From assembly GCA_964019335.1 (NCBI GenBank), contig OZ025716.1, positions 310,001-374,000 on the forward strand: a stretch of DNA of 64,000 nt, written 5' to 3'. The notes beneath the pieces are model-generated. The model was given only the letters and a program-made list of their open reading frames with translations. It was not told the DNA's origin and did not search any database. Source of the DNA: Diplonema japonicum. Lineage: Eukaryota; Protista; Euglenozoa: Diplonemea. Position 1 is the stretch's first letter; each line of letters starts with the position of its first letter. Positions 20,463 to 30,948 of this stretch are shown piece after piece. A program made the position numbers and the translations under genes.

Positions 20463-22892
20463 ATGCCACCAAAAGGCCGAGGTGGAGCCTCCACGAGGGC
20501 GGTTCCTGGGCAGGCTCCTCCAAAAGGGGGGTCTGGCGAATCCACCAGGCAAGGAGAAGCGGTGGGCGACCTAGCCGGCAGGCTGGGGATGGGCTGGAAG
20601 GTCCAAGACGTGGGGAGGAGGCCGGGAGACTGCTTGTATGAGGCAGCCTCATACGCGGTGCACGGAGCGCGAGACGGGGCCGCTGCCCTAAGGGAGGCAG
20701 TGGCGGCAGACCTGGCGACGAAGGACTTCTCGTCCTTCATGATTGGAGAGGACCCGGAGGGGGCGTGGAAGGAGTACCAGCGGCTGGTGGCTCTTCCGGG
20801 GACGTGGGGAGACCGGATGGCGGTGAATGCCCTGGCGCGAGCCATGGGCCGCGTGATCTGTGTGTACGCGGTCCGGGACGACCGCCTGGTGTGCACCACC
20901 TCCAGGCCGGTGGGTGGGATGGTGACCACACAGGAGCTGTGGCTAGGGTATGTGAGAGACCACTACGTGTGTCTCAGCAGGGAGGAAGGAGCGAGGAAGC
21001 CGGACGCAGATGAGTATGAGCCGAGGCCGAGATACCCCATTCCTCTACGCAGCGTGGCCAAGGGTGGTTCGAAGCCCGAGAAGAAAGAAGTACGCAAGCC
21101 CGTCGAGGGGTGCCTCGATGGAGATGAGTGGCAGGTCCACGTGCAGGAGTGGCAGGGCCCGGAGACGGTGCAAGAGCGCGCGGTGTACCTGGTGCCGCAG
21201 GGTGATGAGCGACAGGCGGCAGAGTGGCTGAAGGGGACGGCAGCGGCGACGGTGGTTTCCTGGGGACGATTACCCTACTTCTGCGGTAAGATGGCGGAGG
21301 TCCTCCTGGTGACAAACGAGGGACGTGGCAAGACGTACAGGCGCCTGTACGTGACGGCAAGGCACGGCGACCCGGCAATGCCCACTAGCGAGACTGTCGA
21401 GGACATGGAGGAGACGGAGGAGAAGGAGCCTGAGCCCACGTGCACTGCAGAGCTTTTTCTCCTGGCGCAGACGACGCAGGACGCCGAGAAAGCTCGGCCG
21501 CGTCTGCTGGCATGGCTGAGAGAACGCGCAGGGAGGTACCTCGCTAAGAGGGGCAGAAAGAAGGACGGTATTTTAGAAATACCGATCACGGTAAAGAAGG
21601 AAGACGTTAAGGCGATCCTAACGCGCAGCGGAGAGGACGGCGTTTTCGTCAGGCAGCCTTGGGAGGCGCGTGACCTGCTGCCAGTGATCTGGCTGGAGAA
21701 CACGGCTCTGAAGGTTGCCCTGAAGATGAAGAATGACATCGGCGGATGGGGTTTGACCCTGAAAAAATCGAGCAAGACTGTCACGTACGGCGTTCGGGTG
21801 CCAAAGGACGGACTCAACACCGCAAGGCAGATCCTCAAGGACCGCCATGCAGATCTGAAGACAACAGCGACCGCCGTAGACCTGCTAGAGGGTGCCCACT
21901 ACGAGGTGCAGGGAGTCCCGGTAGCAATGAACGGGCTGGAGCTCGAGGGCAAGCTGAGCCGTTCCGGGTGGCCAGCAACGGTGAGGAAGAAGCTGCACAG
22001 GCATGGTGGCAGACAGACGTGGGTGGTGACTGCGACGACCGAACCAAGGAGCTTGGTGTTGACAGTCCAGGGAGTGAGGTGGGCCATCCAGCCGATGGAA
22101 GGGGACCTGCTGAGGGTGGGCAAGAATAAGAAGAAGAAGGAGGTGAAGAACACGCCGGTCTTCACCTTGCCGCCGAACGCCGTGTGGGGAAGACAAGCTG
22201 GGCCAGCACCGAATCCAACTGCAGCACCCCAACCGGGAGTTCAACCTCAACCACAAGCGACCGAGACACAGCAGCCTGGGCAAGCGCAGCAGTCTGGGCA
22301 GTCGACGCATTTCTGCAAACCGCAGACGACACCGGTGATGCAGGCGCCGGCGTCGGCACCGCCATCTGCGACCTCCGGTACCGCATCCACCGACCAGTTC
22401 GTGGAATGGGCGCGAAGGATGGAACTGGAGAACGAACAGGAGAGGAAGACCATGGAGGCCCGGCTCGTCGACATGGAGAGGAAGAACGCGTCGACGGCCA
22501 ACCTGTTGATGTCCGTGCAACAGAACGTGCAAACGCTGAGCGAGCAGATGGGAGTGATGGCTGCACGTCTGGAGCAATTGGACGTGATTGCTTCTGCGGT
22601 GAACAACCTCGCACAGGCGGTGGGCTCAATCCAAAAGGAGATGCAGGCACAGGCGAAAGCGGCAAGGAAGACAGGCGGGAAGAGGAAGTGCGAGGACGAG
22701 CCGGGCAACAAGAAAGCGGCCTCAGGTGCCCTTGTCCCCACCGCTGGAATAGGCAGGGAGATGACGCCGATGATCATGCCCAACAGCACCCCCCTTTGTG
22801 CCGCGGCAGCTGGCGGGACACCTGTGCAGCAGCAGCTAACCCCGATGGTCGCCCCCCTGGCTGTCCAGGACATCGACACCGAGTTCAATTGA
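20463..22892 (+). CDS. LINE-B ORF1 with N-terminal OTU-like cysteine protease domain
   Basis: GDCLYEA (Cys codon 20631), LREAVA, TWG, LGYVRDHY (His codon 20961). Central ORF1 domain shared with LINE-A; C-terminal coiled coil. Confidence 0.88.
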   Translation: MPPKGRGGASTRAVPGQAPPKGGSGESTRQGEAVGDLAGRLGMGWKVQDVGRRPGDCLYEAASYAVHGARDGAAALREAVAADLATKDFSSFMIGEDPEGAWKEYQRLVALPGTWGDRMAVNALARAMGRVICVYAVRDDRLVCTTSRPVGGMVTTQELWLGYVRDHYVCLSREEGARKPDADEYEPRPRYPIPLRSVAKGGSKPEKKEVRKPVEGCLDGDEWQVHVQEWQGPETVQERAVYLVPQGDERQAAEWLKGTAAATVVSWGRLPYFCGKMAEVLLVTNEGRGKTYRRLYVTARHGDPAMPTSETVEDMEETEEKEPEPTCTAELFLLAQTTQDAEKARPRLLAWLRERAGRYLAKRGRKKDGILEIPITVKKEDVKAILTRSGEDGVFVRQPWEARDLLPVIWLENTALKVALKMKNDIGGWGLTLKKSSKTVTYGVRVPKDGLNTARQILKDRHADLKTTATAVDLLEGAHYEVQGVPVAMNGLELEGKLSRSGWPATVRKKLHRHGGRQTWVVTATTEPRSLVLTVQGVRWAIQPMEGDLLRVGKNKKKKEVKNTPVFTLPPNAVWGRQAGPAPNPTAAPQPGVQPQPQATETQQPGQAQQSGQSTHFCKPQTTPVMQAPASAPPSATSGTASTDQFVEWARRMELENEQERKTMEARLVDMERKNASTANLLMSVQQNVQTLSEQMGVMAARLEQLDVIASAVNNLAQAVGSIQKEMQAQAKAARKTGGKRKCEDEPGNKKAASGALVPTAGIGREMTPMIMPNSTPLCAAAAGGTPVQQQLTPMVAPLAVQDIDTEFN

Positions 22893-22985
22893 AGTGCGGA
22901 CTGGGACGTCCGGAGGGACGTCCAGTCGGGTGGCGCCAGGGACCCCGATTCGCTCATAATCACCACACTCAATGTGGGGTCCCTG
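22890..22985 (+). promoter_or_regulatory. Putative stop-codon readthrough signal (TGA plus two stems)
   Basis: Stem 22899-22911/22916-22927 starts 6 nt after the TGA; perfect 10-bp stem 22937-22946/22976-22985. Confidence 0.6.
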
Positions 22986-25900
22986 AGCAACAAGGTTGAC
23001 GAGGTCCTGGCTATGGGGAGCGACGTGACATGCCTGCAGGAAGTGAAGCTGACGGAGCACGGTCAGGAGATGGTTGGGAGACACGTCGAGGACGACGGTA
23101 GGTATCGCGCGTTGTGGGGGAGCCCGCAACCAGGCATCGTGGTCGATGGACTCGCGTCTCCTGATAAGGCGAAGAGGGGCGGGGTGGGTCTGCTGGTGCA
23201 GCGACGCCGACCTGCTCTGGTAAAAGATACGGCAGGAAGAGCTGACGACAACAGGTGGGTACACTCGATGATCAACCTAGATGGTCGAGATATGTGGTTA
23301 CACCTGATCGTAGTCTACTGTCACTCGGGCGGTCACGGCAAGCACCAGCGGGAGGCTCTGCTGGATAAGGTCCTGAACAAGATGAGATGCGTCCTCGGTG
23401 ACGTACCGATCATCGTGGCAGGCGATTTCAACACCGCGGTGTCACAGTCGGGAGTGCTACAACAGGCGGTGGGGAGCGATTGGGTGGATGCTGCTATGCT
23501 GCAAGCCGAGAGGGATGGCGTGGAACCATGCCACACCTTTGCCAGGCAGGCCACCAACACGAAGACGCGTATCGACTACGTTCTGCTGAACCCGATCGCG
23601 GCGGCAGGCCTACAGAAGGTGTGGGTACACGACGCAGTCTACACCAACGAGCACCGCTGCCTCTCAATCCAGCTCCGGATCCCGGCCCTCAAGTGCATGA
23701 CGAGGAAATACTTCGTCCCGAGGGAGTTGCCGATGGAAGCTGCTGATGGTGACCGAGTTGCTGAGCTGCTACAGGTCGGGGGATTTGCGCAGAAGCTGGG
23801 CGACGGCGACATTGACGATGCGTATAGTACGTTAGCGTGCGTTTCGGAGGAATGCTGCATCGGGGACCTGCCAGCGGTGAGACGGAGGGCCTACGTCGGG
23901 AGAAGCGTGGCGCGACAACCAAAGGAGAAGTGCCTGTCGGCGAAATCTGTGGTTGAGGCGACAGGTGCGGCAGTGGGCTGGCAGAAGTGCATCGCCGAGG
24001 TGAAGCGGAAAGTCTCGCACATCCTTGCGGGAGTCCAAGATTTGCTCGACAGGGGACTAGCAAGCAACATGCCGGAGCAGCTGCTGAGGACTTGGGCGAA
24101 TGCTATAAAGGTGTTAGCGAAGCTCCCGCAGCTTCCGAGATGCGAGGTGGGTCTGATGAAGGACAATTTTGAAACGATTATCATCAAACTTCAACGCCTA
24201 GACGACGACCTGTCCGCTCTGGCGCGAGTGATCGCAAAGGACGCGAGGGTCGAGCGTGAAAGGAAGTATGAAGAGAGGATCAACACCCACTTCAAGGAGG
24301 AACGGAAGAGGGTGACCGCCTTCGTGAAGGGCACAACGGCATCAGCAACGCAGGCAGTGGAAGGCGACGGGGTTCTCACGGCAGATCTTGAAGAGATGGA
24401 CAAGATGATGCACAAGGAGTGGGACCCTATTTTTCAGCTGTACGGTGGGGATCGAGGAGAGCCGCAGTACAACGCCTTTAGAACGAGGTACAGGGAGTAC
24501 ATCGTGTCGCAGAAGATGGAACTTCGACCACTTACAGGAGAGGATCTGAGGGCGGTGTTGGCCAAGAAGTCAACGAGAACGGCTCCAGGGGTGGATGGAT
24601 GGAGGATGGCGGAACTGCGTGCCATGCCGGTAGTACTGCTGGATGCTTGGGCCGAGCTGTTCAACGCAGTCGAGACGACAGGGAAGTGGCCGAAAGCACT
24701 CCTGACAGCGCTGGTGACGTTGATCCCGAAGGGTGGCGAGAGGACTCCTCTGAACCATCGGCCGATCACAGTCACGAGCGCGGTCTATCGGCTGTGGGCA
24801 TGTGCGAGGCTGCGTGACATCACGCTGTGGCAAGAGAAGTGGATCGACGACTCTCAGCATGGTTTCAGACCGAAGAGAGGCACGGATAGCATTCTGATGG
24901 AGCTCAGTACACAGCTCGAAGAGGCGCTGTTGACAGGCACCCCTCTCAACGGCATTGCGTTGGATTTTGTCAAGTGCTTCGACAGAGTCCCACAGCAGAT
25001 AGCTTTTGGCCTGATGCAAGATCTCGGTTTGCACGAGCGGATACTGACCCCCTTGAAAGCTATGTATGCGAACCTGAAGCGGCGATTCCGTTTCCCGACA
25101 GGTGTTGGCTCAGAGTTCCGAGTGACGAATGGTATCCTGCAAGGGTGCCCCATCTCGGTAATCATGGTGAACGCCTTGGTGTCGGTGATGGTGAAGTGCG
25201 TGATGACGGAAGTACCAGGAGCTTGGTCACTTTCGTACGCGGATGACGTGTACCTCCTGGCGCGTTTAGCGGAGGTCCTGACAAGGGCGACCAACAAGGT
25301 GATCGAGTTCGGGGACCGGACAGAGATGCGCCTCAACGGAAAGAAGTCGCAGGGATTCTCGACGAAAAACGAGATCGGCCCTAGTTTAGTATGCACCGGT
25401 TCCTCGTTCAAGGTAGCTGGGGAGATCAAATCACTTGGCGTGAACCTGAGCATGGATGGGAATCACAGGCTGGACAAGCTGGACGCAGCGGAGGGACGCC
25501 TGACCCGTCTCGGAGCTTTGCCACTAGGGTTTGAGAACAAGTCGACGATGTTGACGAGCACTGTGCTACCGTCGTGTCTGTACGGAGCAACGTATGCGGC
25601 ACCCTCGGACGACCAGCTGAAGAAGATGTGTACAGCGGCAGTGGTCTCCCTGTGGGGCCCCCAGTTCGGGATGAGAAACCCCGTGTCTGTACTGAGCGTT
25701 CTGCTGCCAGGGCATACGGCACATCCGCTGTCGAAGGTCATCTACGGAACGATAAACAGCTTGGTCCGGGAGAGCCTGGCCTCTCCGCGTTTGCGGCAGC
25801 GTGTTGGTGAGATCATTGGTCTATACCAGGACCGTGATGACGATGAGGTGATGGGTCCGATTGGAGTCCTGCGGAACAGATGGCTCCCCTTTCTGGGGAA

Positions 25901-27011
25901 GGGATGGTCCTTTGTGGCCGACCTGCACGGAGATACAGCGGTGGCTCACAAAGTGAGGCAAGCCATCAGACCGGCAGTTGCGAAGAGGCTGATCGAGAAG
26001 AGATCAACCTTCGTGGGGATGGAGGCAGGGGCGTGCCCGTCCACGAACTATTGGTGGAAAAAGCTCCAGGCCCGGAGACCGTTGGTGTCCTTTAGGTTGC
26101 GGCGCATCATTAGTGGTGCAGTGTTCACGACTCACCCGAGGGTGTGGGGGAGAAAATTGGATGGCCCTGGTGTGGAAAACCCAGCATTAGCGTGTGACGT
26201 TTGCGACCACCGGTCCCAGACAACGACCAGCATGACGGAGCATGCACTGTGGGAGTGCGAGCCGGCAAGGAGTGTGTTGGAAAGCGAGCAATACGCAGAG
26301 GTGAAGCGAGAAGGCCTCCCAGCTGCCACAGCCCTTCACGGGATAGTCCCAAGAGGAGCCGACAAAGCAGGGAAAGAACGTGCCAGGATGGTGCAACAAT
26401 ACCTCCTGAAAGTAGTGACGGTCCGTGACGCCAGAGCAGCGGAAAAAAGCAAGAGAGTGCTCACCTCCAACCCTTGGGATGAGGTAACGACAGGGAGGCA
26501 ACATGATGTTCCGACGGAAGCGTTGCTGAAGGCGAACGGGGCGTCAGGCGCGGTCCTGACCTTTCATCTGAAGAACGTCCTCAAGTGGCTAAGAGGCCTA
26601 CGATGGTACGATGGTAAGAAGAAAACTTCCGTCACTACAATGGAACTCGCCATAGACTATGAGCAGACCACCCGCCGGTCACTCATAGGTCCCCTCGACG
26701 ATCAGGACCTGCTCACGGAGAAGGCCGCAAGGATGCGATACATCTTGGGTCGCATCCAGAAATGCTCAGCACGCTGTGGAAGGTCAGCCTTCCCCGCCAA
26801 CGCCAAATCAAGGGTGCATACCCTTCGACATCTTGGGGGCCCGACGGCACACGGCTACGACAGGAGACCACTCTTCTCCTCGAGCCAAACCCCCCCCTAC
26901 CTAGCACGACTCCAAGCAGTGTTTCTCGCCCAGATGCCGTCCATCTCATCGCGACAAACAGCCACCGCAGGCACCAGACAGCAACCGCAGAACGGTGACC
27001 GATTAGTGTGA
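22893..27011 (+). CDS. LINE-B ORF2: APE endonuclease, RT, CCHC (open from the ORF1 stop; no initiating ATG before the first APE strand)
   Basis: LIITTLNVGSL, CLQEV, GDFN, RIDYV, NEH; HRPITV, QHGFR, DFVKCFD, GILQGCP, YADD; CDVC..H..C; no RNase H recognised. Confidence 0.93.
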   Translation, partial: SADWDVRRDVQSGGARDPDSLIITTLNVGSLSNKVDEVLAMGSDVTCLQEVKLTEHGQEMVGRHVEDDGRYRALWGSPQPGIVVDGLASPDKAKRGGVGLLVQRRRPALVKDTAGRADDNRWVHSMINLDGRDMWLHLIVVYCHSGGHGKHQREALLDKVLNKMRCVLGDVPIIVAGDFNTAVSQSGVLQQAVGSDWVDAAMLQAERDGVEPCHTFARQATNTKTRIDYVLLNPIAAAGLQKVWVHDAVYTNEHRCLSIQLRIPALKCMTRKYFVPRELPMEAADGDRVAELLQVGGFAQKLGDGDIDDAYSTLACVSEECCIGDLPAVRRRAYVGRSVARQPKEKCLSAKSVVEATGAAVGWQKCIAEVKRKVSHILAGVQDLLDRGLASNMPEQLLRTWANAIKVLAKLPQLPRCEVGLMKDNFETIIIKLQRLDDDLSALARVIAKDARVERERKYEERINTHFKEERKRVTAFVKGTTASATQAVEGDGVLTADLEEMDKMMHKEWDPIFQLYGGDRGEPQYNAFRTRYREYIVSQKMELRPLTGEDLRAVLAKKSTRTAPGVDGWRMAELRAMPVVLLDAWAELFNAVETTGKWPKALLTALVTLIPKGGERTPLNHRPITVTSAVYRLWACARLRDITLWQEKWIDDSQHGFRPKRGTDSILMELSTQLEEALLTGTPLNGIALDFVKCFDRVPQQIAFGLMQDLGLHERILTPLKAMYANLKRRFRFPTGVGSEFRVTNGILQGCPISVIMVNALVSVMVKCVMTEVPGAWSLSYADDVYLLARLAEVLTRATNKVIEFGDRTEMRLNGKKSQGFSTKNEIGPSLVCTGSSFKVAGEIKSLGVNLSMDGNHRLDKLDAAEGRLTRLGALPLGFENKSTMLTSTVLPSCLYGATYAAPSDDQLKKMCTAAVVSLWGPQFGMRNPVSVLSVLLPGHTAHPLSKVIYGTINSLVRESLASPRLRQRVGEIIGLYQDRDDDEVMGPIGVLRNRWLPFLGKGWSFVADLHGDTAVAHKVRQAIRPAVAKRLIEKRSTFVGMEAGACPSTNYWWKKLQARRPLVSFRLRRIISGAVFTTHPRVWGRKLDGPGVENPALACDVCDHRSQTTTSMTEHALWECEPARSVLESEQYAEVKREGLPAATALHGIVPRGADKAGKERARMVQQYLLKVVTVRDARAAEKSKRVLTSNPWDEVTTGRQHDVPTEALLKANGASGAVLTFHLKNVLKWLRGLRWYDGKKKTSVTTMELAIDYEQTTRRSLIGPLDDQDLLTEKAARMRYILGRIQKCSARCGRSAFPANAKSRVHTLRHLGGPTAHGYDRRPLFSSSQTPPYLARLQAVFLAQMPSISSRQTATAGTRQQPQNGDRLV

Positions 27012-27058
27012 ATTTCTACCTGAACAGTGAGCACCCCCATGCACACTGAAATTTTATC

Positions 27059-27101
<43 letters not shown>

Positions 27102-27159
27102 CACCCATCAAAAAAATTAAAAAAAAAAAGGCAAAAAAAAAATAAATAAAAATAAAAAT

Positions 27160-27762
27160 ATGGACCTCGACCCCACCGAACAACTAGCCAACGAAAAGGC
27201 AAAAACAGCGGAACTCGAAGAGAAGGTCAGCAAGCTTCAGATCGCTGCTATGGAAATGGCTGAGATCGTGAAGACGTGCAAGGTCGACTCTGCTGTGGTG
27301 GAAAGAGAGGCCAACGAATGGAAAGGGGAGGTCGAAACCCTTCGAAGGAGGAGCACCGACAGCGAAAAGGTGACCGCCGCCCTTCAAGAAGAAGCGGAGC
27401 TGTTAAGGGAAAACTGCAAAGATCTCAGAAAGCACCTCAGGATGGCGAAGGGCTACGCGGAAGGTGTTGCAGGGAAACTCGTCGCTTCAAACTCGGAAGT
27501 CGCCCATCTGCAAAATCTCTGCCACCAGTTCCAGTCACAACTTGACTCTACACAAGCTGAGCTCTCCCACCGCGACAGGCTGAAGGAGACCCAGGAACAC
27601 CAGATCCGAGCCATCCACGCTAACATCTCTTCAACAATGACCAAAATGCGTCCCAGTCGTATTCCCATTGCTCCCCACGACGAGGTTACACTCGCTGACC
27701 TTGCTCTGCTGTTCAGCGAACTTGTGGGTTCCATGCCTGTGGAGTCCCCAAAAAAAACCTGA
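27160..27762 (+). CDS. Coiled-coil hypothetical protein
   Basis: 200-aa ORF with heptad pattern and A-rich leader. Confidence 0.75.
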   Translation: MDLDPTEQLANEKAKTAELEEKVSKLQIAAMEMAEIVKTCKVDSAVVEREANEWKGEVETLRRRSTDSEKVTAALQEEAELLRENCKDLRKHLRMAKGYAEGVAGKLVASNSEVAHLQNLCHQFQSQLDSTQAELSHRDRLKETQEHQIRAIHANISSTMTKMRPSRIPIAPHDEVTLADLALLFSELVGSMPVESPKKT

Positions 27763-27927
27763 ATAAAAAAAAAAAAAAAAAAAAAAGATTTTTTTTTTTA
27801 TTGTTTTTTTTGTTTGTTGTTTTGTACTTTTGTAACTTTTCTTTTTATTTGTTTAAAAAAAGATTTTTTTCACCACCTGAAAATTTTTAAAAAAAAAAAA
27901 GAAGAGAAAAAAAAAAAAAAAAAAAAA

Positions 27928-28383
27928 ATGAACTTCGTCAAGAAGCTTTCTGGAAGCATCAGGAACAGCTTGGCTACAGACGGCAGCACTGATTGCAGCA
28001 CTGACATGGAGGGGGAAGAGTGGTTACGGCAGATGAACGGGAGTGGGGTGATGTCGCTGGCTATGATGCCCCGCATGAAGTGTGAGGGGGGGACCCAGAC
28101 TGAGCCGAGGCTAAGTGTAGAGAGGGAAATGAGGGAATTAAAAGAGGAAGTTTCCAGGCTAAGACGCAGCGCCGAGGCAGCCCGTGGGTACTACGTAAAA
28201 AAAGACAGCATCATCGAGACGCAGCGAGCCCTCATTCTAGAGCTGCAGCATGAGCTCTCCATGGCCAGAAAGCTCCCTTCCCTTTTGTCTCCTATGTCTT
28301 CTAATGGCAACTACATGGACGCCGGTGGTGCCTCATCTTCTGAAGGAGAAGAAACTGACGAAGAAATATTTGTGGACGAGTAA
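27928..28383 (+). CDS. Coiled-coil hypothetical protein
   Basis: ATG after poly-A; complex sequence between low-complexity spacers. Confidence 0.7.
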   Translation: MNFVKKLSGSIRNSLATDGSTDCSTDMEGEEWLRQMNGSGVMSLAMMPRMKCEGGTQTEPRLSVEREMRELKEEVSRLRRSAEAARGYYVKKDSIIETQRALILELQHELSMARKLPSLLSPMSSNGNYMDAGGASSSEGEETDEEIFVDE

Positions 28384-29109
28384 AAAAGAAGGCGTTTCTC
28401 CTTATAGCAGCTTGATTTTTTATTATTCAACCAAGAAAAAAAAAAAAAGAAAAAGAAAAAAGAAAAAAAGAAAATGCAAAGACCAAACAAAAAAAAAAAT
28501 ATATATATATATATTGATAATGAATTGTTATTTGCTAAAAAAGAGTAGTGGCAAAGCACTGTTTTAAGTCTCATCCTTGCTATAGGTTAATCCCGACAGT
28601 GCACAAACAAAATAAGCCGCTTTTTTTTTCCAAAGAATAGGACATTTTTCATGAAAAGAAGATTTGTGAATATAAAAAAAGAGAAAAGAAAGTCAAGTTG
28701 TAGTAGAGGCAAAAGTTTGTTACCCTAAGAGTGTCGGCTTGCCTCTACCATTCGTACCGCAAGCGTGTTTGGTGTTCATTCCCTTTTCCTTCTTTTCCCC
28801 TTTTTTTTTTTTTTGTTATGAGAAGAAAAAAAAGGGTGGAGAAGAAAGGGAACACCTTTAGTTTTTTTTTTTTTTTGTTCCCCTCAATAGGACTACTATT
28901 TTATTATATCTCTATTCCTATGTTCTGAGAACTCTGTAATCAATACAAGACAAAAAAAAAAAAAAATCTCTCTCCTCCCTAAGAAGAAGGGTCCGTGTGT
29001 GTTTTTTTTTTTTATATAAAAAAAAAGAAGGAAAAAAAAAAAAAAAAAAAGAATCCCGTGTATTGTGCATTTCACCTGTATTTTTCTTTCTATTTCTTTT
29101 TTTTTTTTT

Positions 29110-29848
29110 AGTCCCAAGAGGAGCCGACAAAGCAGGGAAAGAACGTGCCAGGATGGTGCAACAATACCTCCTGAAAGTAGTGACGGTCCGTGACGCCAGA
29201 GCAGCGGAAAAAAGCAAGAGAGTGCTCACCTCCAACCCTTGGGATGAGGTAACGACAGGGAGGCAACATGATGTTCCGACGGAAGCGTTGCTGAAGGCGA
29301 ACGGGGCGTCAGGCGCGGTCCTGACCTTTCATTTGAAGAACGTCCTCAAGTGGCTAAGAGGCCTACGATGGTACGATGGTAAGAAGAAAACTTCCGTCAC
29401 TACAATGGAACTCGCCATAGACTATGAGCAGACCACCCGCCGGTCACTCATAGGTCCCCTCGACGATCAAGACCTGCTCACGGAGAAGGCCGCAAGGATG
29501 CGATACATCTTGGGTCGCATCCAGAAATGCTCAGCACGCTGTGGAAGGTCAGCCTTCCCCGCCAACGCCAAATCAAGGGTGCATACCCTTCGACATCTTG
29601 GGGGCCCGACGGCACACGGCTACGACAGGAGACCACTCTTCTCCTCGAGCCAAACCCCCCCCTACCTAGCACGACTCCAAGCAATGTTTCTCGCCCAGAT
29701 GCCGTCCATCTCATCGCGACAAACAGCCACCGCAGGCACCAGACAGCAACCGCAGAACGGTGACCGATTAGTGTGAATTTCTACCTGAACAGTGAGCACC
29801 CCCATGCACACTGAAATTTTATCGAGTTTTTTTTTTTTTTTTTTTTTT
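29110..29848 (+). mobile_element. 5'-truncated recent copy of LINE-B
   Basis: Matches 26345-27061 with about 3 substitutions seen; flanked by T tracts; T22 tail. Confidence 0.95.
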
Positions 29849-29900
29849 GCAAAAACACAATAGGACTTCCTTTTCTTTTTTTTTTTTTTTTTTCCCCCCT

Positions 29901-29990
29901 AAGACGAGTCATTGACTTGTCTAAACAAAAAACGGGAACTGCAGGTTACCAAGCTTTCTCCATAAAAAAAAGGGTTTCCTGCCCAGCACT
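29901..29990 (+). repeat. Degenerate family A repeat
   Basis: AAGACGAGTCATTGACTTGTCTAAACAAAA..GGGAAC. Confidence 0.6.
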
Positions 29991-30315
29991 GAAAAGAAAA
30001 AAGGAACCCATGTACTGTGGGGGGGGGGGGGGGGGGGGGGGGCAAACTACCAGTTTATTTTTTTTGCAGTATTTTCTCTTTTAGTCGCCCCCCCCTTTTT
30101 ATTTCTGGGGTGGGGCTTGCAGTGATGCGTTACACGAAGCGTGCCCCCCCTGTATTTTCTTTTTCCTATTTCAATACGAAGCTTAAAATTCCTCCACTGA
30201 TCAGAGATTTAAAAGCAACAATTTTTTTTTTTTAATGATCTGAGGTAGGAACTAAGGAATAGGAAGAACTGACGAAAAGAAAAAAAAAAAAAAAAAGGAA
30301 GAAGAAAAAAAAAAG

Positions 30316-30346
<31 letters not shown>

Positions 30347-30602
30347 ATTATCTCGGGATTTTGGCTTCTTTCCACCCTTGTTTTCCTAATTTTATTATAC
30401 GTGTGCAAGATCTAAGAGTTTATTCTTTTTTTTTTTTTTTCTCTTGTGATGTGCGGATGTAAAAGAATATTATGAAAGCTATCGCAACGAAGCACAATTC
30501 CCCCCCCCCCCCCCCGAGTGAAATTTTCTTTTTCTTCTTTTTTTTCTTTCCCTCCTCTTCCCTTCCATGCTCTTTACTAATTCCTTCCCCTCCCCCCCCT
30601 TC

Positions 30603-30660
30603 TTGAACAGTGAGCACCCCCCCCCCCCCCCCTGCACACTGGAACTTAATCGTATTTTCT
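30603..30660 (+). mobile_element. Isolated LINE-B 3'-tail remnant
   Basis: TGAACAGTGAGCAC(C)nTGCACACTGGAA..ATCG followed by a T-rich run. Confidence 0.75.
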
Positions 30661-30948
30661 TTTTTTTTTTCTTTTCTTTGTATGCTGTCTGTTTGGGCTC
30701 AGCACACGGGAGTAAAAATAAAAAAAGAACTTTTTAAAAATAAAAAAAAAATAATAATAGGACAATTCTTTTTATTTTTGTGTGTATGTAGTCTTTTTTT
30801 TTTTATTTTTTTTTTTATTTACCTCTACTTTTTATTTTTTTTTTTCCCCATATGGAACCGCATCCACCATCGGGTTTTTACTTCCAAAATTGAGTTTTAA
30901 AAATTGACGACAATTATCGTATTTTTGAACATCTTACTATTATTTTTT

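Larger units (their letters stand above)
20399..27097 (+). mobile_element. LINE-B: apparently intact APE-type non-LTR retrotransposon
   Basis: Short 5'UTR after T8, ORF1 with OTU domain, in-frame ORF2 (APE-RT-CCHC), 3' hairpin CAGTGAGCA..TGCACACTG, ATCGAG and a T36 tail. Confidence 0.95.

Noticed and set aside
22890-22892. TGA reassigned genome-wide to Trp, or read as Sec
   Set aside because: Host genes and both LINE ORF2s terminate at TGA, Trp is encoded by TGG, and no SECIS was recognised
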